Numbered from the stretch's first letter, positions 32,301 to 42,677 are shown. The stretch: 64,000 nt of DNA from Diplonema japonicum (GCA_964019335.1 OZ025655.1:744001-808000), one strand, 5' to 3'. Notes: generated from the letters alone by a model not told the origin. Numbers and translations: made by a program.

Positions 32301-32686
32301 TGCTGGATCTCTACATCGCTGAAGTCCGGTTCGAGTAGCGCTTTGATCTTCTCGGTGAGGATTTGGTAGAGTGCGTCGCCCTCCCCTAAGGTCTGAACTG
32401 TGAACATGGTCCGCTTCCGTTCTGTGAAGGCCGTCGCGGTGGCCAGAGAGACTTCTTCAAACGTTCGTACGTACTTCGCGCGCTTCCCCTTCCCCAGCAG
32501 CAGGTGTTCCAGTGTGTGAGCCTCGCCAGCATCGCTTCGTGAAGGGGTGTTCACATAAATCAGTGCTTGCGGCACAAACTTTAAATCCAGCACATCAACA
32601 GTGAACCCTGTCTTCTTGTGCCACATTCTGTGTCCGTATGTCTTGCCCCTCTTGCTGTACCGACACACCCCCGTCCATTCGTCCAT
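29327..32686 (-). CDS. M16 (insulinase/pitrilysin-like, M16C-sized) zinc metallopeptidase with C-terminal hydrophobic tail
   Basis: Inverted Zn motif HTLEH, GTVYME with downstream Glu, QGGSPEAIRTLT...FHAECYHLEN and GLAYSSG. 1119 aa, intronless. Confidence 0.85.
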   Translation of the reverse strand: MDEWTGVCRYSKRGKTYGHRMWHKKTGFTVDVLDLKFVPQALIYVNTPSRSDAGEAHTLEHLLLGKGKRAKYVRTFEEVSLATATAFTERKRTMFTVQTLGEGDALYQILTEKIKALLEPDFSDVEIQHEVRHMVITDKECAEEKGTVYMEQVGAFQHASHVAYAHVYKCIYGSKHPLSWEQGGSPEAIRTLTPERLRDFHAECYHLENMGIVVATSDDFRTVLTKLNGLLLGMSPKGIPHLTTEPTVGQPPRVEMNFPPPAPVPDGTYMESTFAHLNPHEPGKIIFCWPGILPYTLSEQEDGWIDYALLLIFVVLFADGDTSTLYSTLLDTEATSVTASVNEEKGLSLIVSFEGVKSSSITPSCVASLKQKVKDGLEEVISWRDNSDQLNSFNIRVFCRVQCLLKHSVEFLQHPPEFGVRGHYGEWVSFLDKAVEFTKDSNVELTFDKEAAAIEELLSTGENFWGEYLTKWGLHEREPCVVVCKASPEQHESDRSKTEERCRSFMEQLSVSPEQYRADYERAVDEIDANTSITEQPPFTSNPPMTFDPVLQYEVLGSILTCSVPELNECCYFGYALSVRDIPPRLAMHMVVLPTLHSYGVWLKGTRIPYDVYGGRIQQEILYIDSYMSVSSSTDRVEVVVRGAGLKSSEVSSAAEWCEAVLCTPLWDVDNLPRIRDIINEQLREAKDVMKSRAEFWGTSLAGAYRQQHNYHKLFAECCLLQEYCFLRLKYQLATPEKDVLCFLNRVRLISDLRVLKDELISSGFNIAADLLDLLHQMPEGEGVPYEWQEQCEVFSADVAKEPKETLDEWKEMLDIVSRRQNCRGYIITGNEHVKGVQVVLQAVIDKLPEKRESLTVPHEKCVDNRWRRRNGNANVRDHVGLLHTSSTQGVVVHKMPAPSMSKASMTDAEAKMLLAAKAWCGGGAHTPFVKSWNKGLAYSSGIGCDETGSVMYYADHCGNVGDTLEFAEKFFRTVKVTSGLRDYALCQCFTSRAGQTYIARCEALGTDIADGLTPDVVHAYRRRLLDVAEQLSDSDIISESKYLNKLFAQTPPMGSLRFVIGSHHQHSLYPHKTSLFTASDFWVTEYDLTAPPPPPSRSCSVHVTLLVVTMTLAWCYSK

Positions 32687-32834
32687 TGTATCCTGTGTGC
32701 TGTGGCAAAGGTAGATAAGTTGTCACTGAGTACATGATACATGAGGACTTTTGAATTCAACCAAACAACAACGTGCATCAGCAGTAAAGGGTACAGGCAG
32801 CGTGGGTTAGATAAGGCCGCCTGTGGAACTGAGA

Positions 32835-34106
32835 TTATTGTACTCTAGTCTTCTTTTTCATTTTTGTCTTGGTACTTGGGATAGGTGGTGTCCAAGACGG
32901 GGAGGGAAGAGAATATGTTGGCTCCGGCTGTGGGTCGCCAGATGCAGAATCGTAGCCACTGGTGGCACGCACAGTGAGGTCAGAGTTCCTGATGAGGTGC
33001 ACCATAAGCTTCGAGATGTTACGCGTGTCGTCGATGCCAGAGTGGTGCCGTCCCTCCAAGGACAGCTTCTGATGCGACAGCATCTGGGCCATTCCGTACT
33101 GGCGCCTTCCCCGCAAGTGCTTCTCGGCAAACAGCTCCTTTATGTTGCACCATCTTTTCAGCCACACAGGCAGGGTAGGCAGCTTCTTGTTGAGCACCTC
33201 TGCCCGAAGCGCAGTGCGCAGGTCGTAGTTCCCGCAGGTCACGACCACCACGTCGCCCTTCAAGCTGAGGCTGCCGACCCACTTGATGAAGTCTTTCAGT
33301 ACCCTGTCAATGGGGTGTGCTTCGTCGACCTGTTGCTGGGTGATGCCGCAGCTCTCTTTGCAGAAGTCGCTGAGCTGCGCCGCAGTCGTAGGCCGCACGT
33401 ACTTATGGTACTCTGCCACAGGCTCGAGCGTGGCGGCGTCGACAACAACGCAGGGGAACTCAACAATTTCCCACTTCATGGAGTCCCTGCAGTGCCCGCT
33501 TGCTTCGAAGTCCATGACGAGGTAGTGGCTGTACCGCAGCTTGGGGGGCGGCGGGGGAGGAAGCTCGCCCATGAGGTGGTGGACACCTGTAACTAAAACG
33601 TGTTTCATGTGCCCCTGCGCTCCAGGGACGGTCTTCTCTGAGACGCCCGCCACAAGAAGCGTCGTAAGGCCGGGTATCGATTGCAGGAAGTGAGAGACAG
33701 CGCTGCTGTGCAGAGCCATGTTTTCGGGGACAGCGTCCCACAAGAAGAGGACAGGCTTGTTCCCTTCTATTACTTCATGGCACGTGTCTGCAGGCTTCTG
33801 GAAGGGCGGGTGCTTCATGTTCCCTGTGAGTGCGTATGACACTGTGGCCTCTGTCCCCCGGCCCGTGTTCGGTAGACTTGAGTTAAGTGCGATCACAGCA
33901 TCGCAGCTGTCCACGTTCTCACGGTCCCTGCCTGCATACGTTGTGGATGTGCCCTGGACGAACCCGTATGTCTTGTCTGCGCCGTAGTGCCCCACGCCCC
34001 CTGTGGGGAGCCCTAACAGCTTTGCTCCAATCATCCCGCCCAGGTCAGCACCATGCGTGCCACCGCTTATGACACGGAAAGACTTCATCTTTGTGGATCC
34101 CTTCAT
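32835..34106 (-). CDS. cpYpsA/SLOG-like domain fused to an ERI1-family DEDDh 3'-5' exonuclease
   Basis: N-terminal VISGGTHGADLGG, YAGRDRENVDSCDAVI, GRGTEAT and LLVAGVSE. C-terminal YLVMDFEAS, EIVEFP, YVRPT, LSDFCKESCGITQQQVD, TCGNYDL, WCNIK and LEGRHHSGIDDTRNI. Confidence 0.85.
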   Translation of the reverse strand: MKGSTKMKSFRVISGGTHGADLGGMIGAKLLGLPTGGVGHYGADKTYGFVQGTSTTYAGRDRENVDSCDAVIALNSSLPNTGRGTEATVSYALTGNMKHPPFQKPADTCHEVIEGNKPVLFLWDAVPENMALHSSAVSHFLQSIPGLTTLLVAGVSEKTVPGAQGHMKHVLVTGVHHLMGELPPPPPPKLRYSHYLVMDFEASGHCRDSMKWEIVEFPCVVVDAATLEPVAEYHKYVRPTTAAQLSDFCKESCGITQQQVDEAHPIDRVLKDFIKWVGSLSLKGDVVVVTCGNYDLRTALRAEVLNKKLPTLPVWLKRWCNIKELFAEKHLRGRRQYGMAQMLSHQKLSLEGRHHSGIDDTRNISKLMVHLIRNSDLTVRATSGYDSASGDPQPEPTYSLPSPSWTPPIPSTKTKMKKKTRVQ

Positions 34107-34279
34107 TGTAGGGGGAAAAAAAAAGTAAGTAACTCTCATCTCTCATCGGCTGGTATATTTTATTACTTTTTTTTCCAACGTGTAAGGTACCGAACGTTTC
34201 TAGTTCTTTAAGGCGACCCACCCCCCACTTGAACTCCCTCGCGAGTCCCGCCCCTGTTTGCATTCCCCCAAAAGAAAAA

Positions 34280-34642
34280 ATGACTGACACAGCAGCAAGG
34301 CTGGACGCGGAATGGGCGGAGTTGCTCCTGAAGACAGACAGGGAGGGCAAGAACTCTTCGGTGTTCACATTAGACGCCGACGCGCTGAAAATGCTAGTGG
34401 GTGTGCCAGATTTGGTGCTGAAGGCAGTTAGAAAGCGAAAGAGGATCAGGTTGTCCTCGGCATTGGTGGTAGTGAAGCAGTTGATGTCCTCCACCACGGA
34501 CGAGGAGTTCAAGCGCCTTGAAGGTGGCCAGAAGGCACACCTTCCGCAGGATATGTTGCCCCCCATGCTCCCCCTGCACATGACCCGCTGGATATGCAAA
34601 TTGCCCAACTACAGCAGCAGCTTGACACAATTAATTGTCTGA
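34280..34642 (+). CDS. Hypothetical 120-aa protein; the only convincing plus-strand gene
   Basis: MTDTAARLDAEWAELLLK... has G/C-ending codon bias and a globular-looking composition, and the ATG follows an A-run. The overlapping minus ORF 34045..34608 looks like its antisense shadow. Confidence 0.65.
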   Translation: MTDTAARLDAEWAELLLKTDREGKNSSVFTLDADALKMLVGVPDLVLKAVRKRKRIRLSSALVVVKQLMSSTTDEEFKRLEGGQKAHLPQDMLPPMLPLHMTRWICKLPNYSSSLTQLIV

Positions 34643-34961
34643 TATGTTATAGCAGATCATCAAATAAAGAAATGGAGGAGAAGCAAGGAGGGGGGGGCGA
34701 TGGAAGGCTTTTTTTCCTTTTTTCTTCTTCTTTAGAAAAAAGAACGCACACAAGCAGCATACGCAAAGTAAGTATTTAGTCAGTTTTCTTTTTCTTTTTT
34801 TTTTTTATTATACTATATGTTTCCCTTCATTTCGTCAGCCCCCTTTTGTTACTAATCATGGGTGAAAAAAGTTAAATTGAAGAAAAGTACCTTAACAAAA
34901 GGGGAATAAAAAAAAGTGGAGAGGGGGGAGGGGAAACGTTAAGATAGAGACCTTTTTTTTT

Positions 34962-35759
34962 TCAACCGCAAATAAAAACCGCCCCTTCATGCACACCAAG
35001 CTCGTAGAGCACGGCACCGGGTGTGAAGAGCTCTGTCTCCTTGTAGGACAACAATACTTCGGATGGTTTGCAGTTTTTTCTAATATAAGTTTTTGTTCCC
35101 CCCCCCACCATCCTTTCTTTAACATACTCTTTAGCAACTGCGATCTTCAGTGCAGAAACTGTTTCATGAAGTGCTAAGGAAACAGAGCACACCGCACCGT
35201 CCTGCGACTTAACATAAAGCGTGACGGGGCCCGTCTTGGTGGGGATGAGGAATAACGTCGCGCCATCAATAATGTTGGCATCACACAGCAGTGTGTGGTC
35301 TTCCACAGGAAGGCTGTTGTAGTTAATCTTGTTGGGACGGGGTACCGATTGTGGGAAGCGTGTCTTGACGATCCCCATCGTCTCGTTTGGCACAGCATGC
35401 ACTTCGATCGATCTGTTCTCAGAAATGATTTTCACAGTCAGCTTCATGGTGGTGTCCGAGGAGCTGAAGGCCAGTCTCTGGTTGACATTGGCTGACTCCC
35501 TTATGTCCTTCATGTCCTTTGCCCTTTTGTAGATCTGTTTCCTCACCAGACGGGGGATGTCTTCGGGGAGATCGCCTTCCTCGATTATCTTGAAGGCAGC
35601 CAGTGTCATGACGCCCTCTGCGTTGAGCCGCCCCTGCCACTCCAGCAGCCCCATTTCGTTAAGAACGTCCCACAGCCCCTTGTCCCCTGACGTGGCTTGC
35701 AGTCCTGCTGGCATCGCGGGTGCTGAGCTCATCGCTGTTTCACCGCAGTCGTACCCCAT
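34962..35759 (-). CDS. SAM-like domain plus two ubiquitin-like domains
   Basis: LWDVLNEMGLLEWQGRLNAEGV is SAM-like. MKLTVKII...EDHTLLCDANIIDGATLFL and VTLYVKS...ETVSALK...LYELGVHEGA are Ubl-like. In-frame 48-nt intron 35080-35127. Confidence 0.75.
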   Translation of the reverse strand: MGYDCGETAMSSAPAMPAGLQATSGDKGLWDVLNEMGLLEWQGRLNAEGVMTLAAFKIIEEGDLPEDIPRLVRKQIYKRAKDMKDIRESANVNQRLAFSSSDTTMKLTVKIISENRSIEVHAVPNETMGIVKTRFPQSVPRPNKINYNSLPVEDHTLLCDANIIDGATLFLIPTKTGPVTLYVKSQDGAVCSVSLALHETVSALKIAVAKEYVKERMVGGGTKTYIRKNCKPSEVLLSYKETELFTPGAVLYELGVHEGAVFICG

Positions 35760-35899
35760 TTTTTTTTCCCCCTCCCTAAGGGATAGCCAGTTAGTTGATC
35801 ATAATCATGAGCACAAAGTTCGTCGTTATGTCGTCAATGGGCAAGGGGTCAATGGGCTGCACAAGAACATGTGGAAGGGTGTCATGAAAAAAATGAAAG

Positions 35900-36803
35900 A
35901 GAACGAGTTCTGATCTTAAAAAAAGGGGGGAGGGGAGGGGGAGGGGCGCAGGGCGATGGGCGAGGAGAAGGGGGAGGGGGGGGAAGGGGGGTGAAGTCCA
36001 TTTTCGCTGATCATGGAGATGATGTTGTAACGACACAGCCCAAGAAGAGAAAGAAGAAATATAAAAAAAAAAAAAAAAAAACCCTCTCCTTCGTTGGACT
36101 TTGGGTTCTTGTTTAACTTTTTTTTTGTTCATTTTCTTTATTCCCCCCCCCCCCCCCCCGGTTCTTTCTTCCCCTGCTGTTGTTGTGTCGTTACCTTTTC
36201 TGGTGGATACCCTTTTATTTTCGTTCTCTCCTTCTCTTTCTTTTTCCAAAAGAAAATACACAAAAATGGTGTTTTCTGAATGTAACTCAGCTCAGACGAT
36301 ACGCGAGCATGGGACCTGGTAGAATCACTTTGGATTGAATGATCCATGTGCCTGCAGGAGGCCAGCCAACATAGGACACCGCATAAGACTAGTACCAGAA
36401 ATATTTCTTGTTCCCTTTTTTTTTTTTGATTGGATAAGTTGGTAGGGCCAGGGAGCCCTGACATCACACTTTTTAAGGCCGTTGTGACCCCTCCCCCTCT
36501 TTTCCCGATGAGTCGAAAAAAAAAACCCCCCCATAGATACATATTCTGTTAAGAGAGATGTAAAGGGAGGTGATTGCCTTAACATGATCTAGCATTACTG
36601 CTAATCAAAAAAGAATTATTATTCATCGCCACAAGGTCGGGTGTTGTAAATCTTTTTTAAACCGTTCAAAGAAGACTCAAGATGTGCCGACCACAGTTCT
36701 CTGGTATGAAGTGAATTCTCTTTTTTTTTTTCTTTTTTTTCTTTTTTTTCTTTTTTTTTTTTTTTGAATCAAATCATTATTACATTTCACCCAAAAGAAA
36801 GAG

Positions 36804-36834
<31 letters not shown>

Positions 36835-38030
36835 CGCTTTTTTCAAAAAAGTCAAGGCAGGGAGGGCAGTGCTTACTCACCAGCGCTTTCTTTTGCTTCT
36901 TTTGAACTTTTTTTTTTTTTTTTTTTGTTTTATCAGTATTGGGGAACCTTGAAGAAGAAAAGAATGAAAAAAAAAGGGGGGAAAGGGGTAGGGGAAAGGA
37001 AGGATACGATCACCAACCGAACCCTCCTTTTTTTTCTTTTTTTTTTTCTCTTCTTTCTTTTTTTTTCTCGTTTGTTCTCTTTGCCGGACAAGTATTTAAA
37101 GAAAAAAAAAAAAAAAACTTGTTTTCAAAGAAGGGGGGAAAAGGGGGTGAAAGGGTGAAAGGGAATGCCGATTGTACTGTTTCACATCGGGTTGCCCACA
37201 TGCTATCTACTCGGTTGAGTGCAATAAAAAAAAAATCCCCGTCTGAGGGCAACTCTTGAGCACAGAAGTGTATTTTTTTTGTTGGTGCACAGAACGCACT
37301 TTTTTTAACCATAAAAAAGATTATGCAAACTGCGCAAAAATAAAAAAAGGGGGATAGCGGGCGTACATTGAGACAAAAGAAAAAAAAGGAGACATTTAAG
37401 AGGAAAAAAATGAGGTAAGGGGAGGGAAGACAACTACCTGTTTGTAAGAAAGAAAACACACAGTGCAACGACCATTGCAGCAAAGGGTTTCCCTTAGTGT
37501 GTCCACTTCCCCCCCCCCCCCCCCCCCCCAGTTTGGCGTACTTTGTATTCAATAACTGCACTTGTGACGTGGAAAAGAAATTGGGCAATTGACATGAGAA
37601 AAAAAAGAAGAAGAAAAGAAGAAGAAAAAAAAAAACAAGGATGAAAGGCGGCTACAGAATCACAAAGGAGACAGTTTCAAAAGGGTGCTCTCGAGACCCT
37701 CAAAGGCCAACTCCCGATGGCCAGGCACGTGTTCTTCTATTGGGGGTATGAATGCCGTCTGTTGGTTAAGAAAAGAAAGAAGAAAGAAAAAAAAAGGGAA
37801 ATATAAAGAGAAGAAAAAAAAAATCCCTTTTTTTTCAACCAAAGCATTTCTCATGCATTTTTAGCACTGCAAATAGCAACAACAACTAAATAAAGCGACC
37901 CAAATTAGAAGTCAAGACCGGGCGTAGGAAGAAAGAAAAGAAAAGAAGAAAAAAAAATAGCAGAAAGACTGAAATAGGGGATGATAGAACACAAAGAAAA
38001 TGAATGATGGGAGAACGGGAAACCTCCCCT
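35900..38030. repeat. Homopolymer-rich low-complexity island with no supported gene
   Basis: Alternating poly-A/T/G/C runs with short patches of complex sequence. Confidence 0.8.
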
Positions 38031-39227
38031 CTAATACACCTCCTTCCAAGCCGACCACATCCCAAAGAACAGAGCAAATATAAACCCGTAGACAAAGATA
38101 CAAGTGTGAAGGCGAGGTGAGAGGACTAAGTAGATGTGGTAGCCTCTCGGGTCGTGGAACCCCAGGTAGAAGCAGAGGTAGAAGACGCCAACACCGATGG
38201 CAAGGAGGAGGTCGGTGGTCGTAAGCTGCCGCCTTCCACCGCCTATACCCGAGTGGTCAAGCCCCATGAATAGGAGATTCAGGGCATGCACGTTGATGAG
38301 AAAGAAGTCTGTCTGCCATTTGACGAATTCTTGCTTTTGCTTTTCGTTGGAAAGCACAAACAATAGCGCCATGGGGACAATAATGACCCACCAGATGCCG
38401 ACTGTCACGGACGCACCGCACAGTGCAGGGAACCGCAAGATCTCAGCGGGCCTCTCCAGCTCGGGTACCCACGTGCTGATCCCCGCAAGGAGCAACCTCA
38501 AGGTCATGATGTTCCATGAGGTCATTGTGTACGAGGTCACCATGATGGTGCGCTGCAGCTTGTCGGGTGTGATCTTTAATCGTACTAAGAACAGTGCCAA
38601 ACAGTATATTCCCAACAGCAACCTCCACACACCTCCCCACGTCTCCTTCTTTGTGGAGTGGTCTGGCTCCCCACGGAATGGGTAGTGCCCTGCCGATGTT
38701 GCTGCCAGCCCTCCCAACACACCTCCCAGCAACACCACTGCAATCACTGCTACAGGCGACCACGGCCCCGCCCTGATGTGGTGCGGGACACCTACCAGTT
38801 CTGGTAGCTCAAATACTCTGATTTTGTTTCTTTCCTTAAACCCCTCTTCCATGTCTGTTTTTTTTTTCCTCTCTTCCCAACCACCGATTTCCAGCGGCGT
38901 CTGTCCCATCCATTCAGACGTGCTCCGGATCATCTTCTTATCGCTACCGCCCCACAGCACCCACCTCCCGTCCTGCACCGCCATCCATGCCATGTCGCCC
39001 AGCCTGCTGTAGATGGGCACGCCTTCCGATCGCAAACCTGTCTGTTTGTACGTCCCGTTGACACCCACCTTGGACCCCATCACCACGAGCTCGGAGGGGT
39101 GCTTCTTCGTCTCGTCAATGGCAGACTCCATCAACATCTTCAGCCCTATCTTCTGAGGGGGCGGCTGCCCAAACTCAATGTTCACCATTACGATGTCATC
39201 ATCAGCAGTGCCATACGGCTCGAGCAT
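38031..39227 (-). CDS. Multi-TM protein with a FAR-17a/AIG1-like C-terminal region and a small N-terminal globular domain
   Basis: SYTMTSWN and INVHALN place Thr and His as in AIG1/ADTRP-type proteins, and the C-terminal region contains YHIYLVL. Family assignment is from motif recall only. Confidence 0.55.
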   Translation of the reverse strand: MLEPYGTADDDIVMVNIEFGQPPPQKIGLKMLMESAIDETKKHPSELVVMGSKVGVNGTYKQTGLRSEGVPIYSRLGDMAWMAVQDGRWVLWGGSDKKMIRSTSEWMGQTPLEIGGWEERKKKTDMEEGFKERNKIRVFELPELVGVPHHIRAGPWSPVAVIAVVLLGGVLGGLAATSAGHYPFRGEPDHSTKKETWGGVWRLLLGIYCLALFLVRLKITPDKLQRTIMVTSYTMTSWNIMTLRLLLAGISTWVPELERPAEILRFPALCGASVTVGIWWVIIVPMALLFVLSNEKQKQEFVKWQTDFFLINVHALNLLFMGLDHSGIGGGRRQLTTTDLLLAIGVGVFYLCFYLGFHDPRGYHIYLVLSPRLHTCIFVYGFIFALFFGMWSAWKEVY

Positions 39228-39482
39228 CTTCCAACCTGTGTTGTCATGGGTGCATGGTGCACGGAAGTGAAATACTAAATCTACAGCTCGCTGTGGATGT
39301 TGGGCATCGTGTGCGTGTCTTGGAGCTCCTCATCTTCGGATGCAGAGGTGTGAAGGGACCACGCACCCACAGGGGACGGGATAACTAGCTGCTCATCACA
39401 GATGACACCATCTTCCGCCTCGTTAGAGATACCCTCCCTCCCTTCTGTAGTGTGTCATGCTAGTCAGCAAGCAAACAAGATA

Positions 39483-39764
39483 TCAAGGGCGCCACTCACA
39501 ATAGTTCAATCCAGAGGCTGTCTTCTCCACAAGTCTGCCTGTTTCTTTATCTTCCTTAGAGTAGAGTGGCACGGTAGCTAAGAGACCCGACAGGGCCCCC
39601 ACAGAAGCTCCTGCCAGAGTCGCACCGCTCACCATCTCACCCACCATCATTGCTGTGGCTGAGCCCCCGCCCATGGCCCCCCCCGCCATGCCAATAGCGT
39701 TCTCTGCTCTTGCGTTATGCACGACACACGGGCTGTCGCGTGTGCACTCCCTCCCGCACCCCAT
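39483..39764 (-). CDS. Small glycine-zipper-like protein, probably spliced to a further exon at about 39281-39440
   Basis: Hydrophobic GAMGGG...GATLAGASVGALSGLL stretch. GTGAGT donor near 39498 and a downstream open segment GISNEAEDG...HSEL*. The exact junction is unresolved. Confidence 0.45.
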   Translation of the reverse strand: MGCGRECTRDSPCVVHNARAENAIGMAGGAMGGGSATAMMVGEMVSGATLAGASVGALSGLLATVPLYSKEDKETGRLVEKTASGLNYCEWRP

Positions 39765-39858
39765 TAGTGTAGTGTGTAATACCTAACAGTGTTTTGCAGC
39801 TATCGACAATGAGGAAATCAGCAATCTAATTACTTCGTTATGGGATAGGGTTTCCTGG

Positions 39859-42677
39859 CTACTGCGCAGGGTCAATGTTGAATAAGGAGGCAAAGTTTTG
39901 AAGAGTCTGTTTTTTTTTTTTTTTCCACCTCCCCCTTTTTGTTGTTGCCTACCGTGAGGTCGACAGCAGCGCCGTCCAAGGTGTTCAATGCTGCTATGAT
40001 GATCTCGATGTCCTCCTTCAGCGGCAGCCACCGCCTGTGGTGTGGTGTTCTATGTGCAGTTGAACATACTCGTCATGCGAATGCTTCAGTTCTGCCGGCT
40101 TTATGAGCATCTCGTCCACGTCCTGCCTGCTGTGCGGCGATGAGATGTCGATGACAAGAGAGTCGTCCGGAAGGGTCTCTGGGAGCATTGACCGGAGTAC
40201 AACAAGGATCGAGCTCCGATATTTGATAAGAGAGTTCTCAACTGTGTGTGGTGTCACAGTGCGCAACACATACCTTCATGGTCTGTTGTTGCCCTAAGGC
40301 CCGACCTCACAAGGTGCAGTAGCAGCCCCTTCAGGCTGACCATCAGCACGTCCCTGTACTTATACTGCTCAAAGTCCACGTCCTTGTCGCTGCCCTCCAG
40401 TGCCAACACCGTCCCTCGCAAAGCCTCCGGTAGCGTCTTCCCCAAGTCAGGGTACTTACGCAGTGCGGACAACGCCCAACATGCTTGGATCCTCACCTTA
40501 AAGTTCCCTTCATCATGCAAGATGTGCGACAACTTGATGACAAGCTCTGTTGCGTCCCCACCCACACCTCCAGAGCGGACGTTGGCATTCCTAAATATCT
40601 GAGCCACGGCATAGGCTGTGTTCCACCGCACCTTCACGTTTGTGTCATCGAAGAGCACAATCAGCGCCTCGAACACTTCGGTCAGATTACCTTTGTAGAG
40701 CAGCCCGCTGTTGCCCACCGCACGCACCACGTTCCATGGCATCTTCGACTTGCACTTTTTTAAATATGCGATGCATGTGCTCATGATATCGTGCACTAAG
40801 CTGTCGTCACCTTCTTTTGGCACTTCCTTGATCTGGTCGCATAATGACGCTGCTGCCCACGCTGTCTTCTGGTGTAGCGCTTGTTGGTCGCTCTTGAACA
40901 TAGCTAACAGCACGTCGGCCACACGCTTTCTGTGCTCTAAAACACGAGGAACGCCCACCCACACCCCAAGCACTTTGGCAGCCGACCCCTTCACAGTGTT
41001 GTTCGTGTCGCCGCACACCCTTACTACCGTGTCAAGCATCAGGGTGAAGGTTTCGTCGTTTACATTTTTTAAAATCTCAGGCGTCACGTTGCTCAGTGCC
41101 GACACAGCATGCCCACGCACAGCAGCGACAGGGTCACGTGTGAGCGGTATGATGATGTCCACCATCAGTTGCGCTAGCTCGTCTGGTTTGCCAGCTAGCA
41201 CACAAACATTAAGCACAGTCTCTGCGCCAGTAGGTTTTCTCTGAAGGTCGCCAGCAGCATTCACACCACGTGGGTCAGCACCCGGTGGGAGGTGACTGTC
41301 CCCGAAACACGAGAAGTCTATCACCGGGATTTCATCATTCGGTTGCAAAACAGACGGCAGGCCCTGCTCCGAAGCAGCAGACAAGAAGCCTATTGCAGTC
41401 AGCTTTGACATCTGATCCGGTGCCTTCTGGAGCTCTATCGCAAGGCGCTTCAACTCGTCCCAGCGTTTAGATACAATATGAGGGTAGTTCCGTGCGAGGG
41501 CCGCCCACAGCCTAATTGCCTCTATCCTGTAGGCGGTGCAGTTACCGCTTTGTGATATGCTGCATGCATGATTCAAAATCCCGTTGTCGTTCTCAAAAGC
41601 CTCGCATATTTCCTTTACAGGCTTTTTCGTACCTGCAATCGCAGAGAGCACCTGCGCTGCAGCAATGACTGTCCCCTTATCCGGACCTGTGATCAACTTG
41701 TACAGTTCTGGTAATGCAGAACACAGCTCATGTGCTGCCTTCGGGAGCTTGAAGTAAGGGGTGACCATTATGACGGACTGGAGGAGGTGCAGAAGAGATG
41801 CTGTATGTGATGCAGAGATGTACTTCACGTCTGTGTCTCGCAGAGCCAGCAGCACAGCACGGTGTAGCTCGCGTAGGATACAGCCAAGCTTCTCGGAGTA
41901 GGACATGAAAGATCTTCCCGCTGTCGTGTCTGCCGCCTGCGTCATCAGCTGTGATGTGTGTTCCAGAAGGTGGTTTGCCGCACCCACCGCCTGTGTCCTG
42001 ACCCTGAAGGAAGGGTCGTACAAGAACAGTGCCAAGATGGAGGGTGGTGACTTCTCTGTGACATGGTGTTCCGGGAGGAGTGAAACGGCCTCTGCAAGCA
42101 CTGTCTGCTTCTTCTTCGGAAAGCAGGCCTTGAAGAAGCCATTCACAGCGTGCATGGCGTGGTACCGCACGGGCTCAGTTTTCGATGTCAAGCACAGGGG
42201 CGTTAGTGTGTTCAGAACTCGCAGACCTTCAGCATCTGCGAAGGGACCACACCACGTGAAGAGGAGCCCCAAGGTCTGGAGGAGGGTAACCGTGTTGTCA
42301 GGATGTGTGGTGAGGAGGTCAAGTGCCTTGAGTGCTACGTCTGCACATTGCTGGGCAGTTCTCCCTGCTAACAGGGGTATTTGGATGCCCAAACCGTCGA
42401 GTTTTGCGTTCAGATCGATGGCAGTGTCTTCTGAAAAAGCCGTGTTTGTGAAGGCTGCAGACGGTTCCTTCACTACACCACGTGCCCTGCCCTTGCTCCT
42501 GTCGCTCCCCGTGCTTCCTGTGGATCGGTACCCATCACTGCCGTAGCCCTTCCGGCCGCTACCCGGCTCAGCCCTCCAGTTATCGCTGTCCCAACCAGAA
42601 CGCGGCTTGACTTTCGTGTCATCATCTTTGAAATTTGTTTGTGTTTTGTTTTTCGGTTTCCATAAACCGCCTGGCAT
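39859..42677 (-). CDS. HEAT repeat protein, HEATR6/DUF4042-like
   Basis: LYDPSFRVRTQA, SFMSYSEKLGCILRELH, NVKVRWNTAYA, NFKVRIQACWAL and DFEQYKYRD. Three 3' introns: 40242-40273, 40035-40069, 39907-39952. Confidence 0.85.

Noticed and set aside
36661-36675. 15-nt match (TCTTCTTTGAACGGT, minus) to the sequence just before the deaminase frame break
   Set aside because: A few 15-mer duplicates are expected by chance in 64 kb, and the flanks show no similarity.
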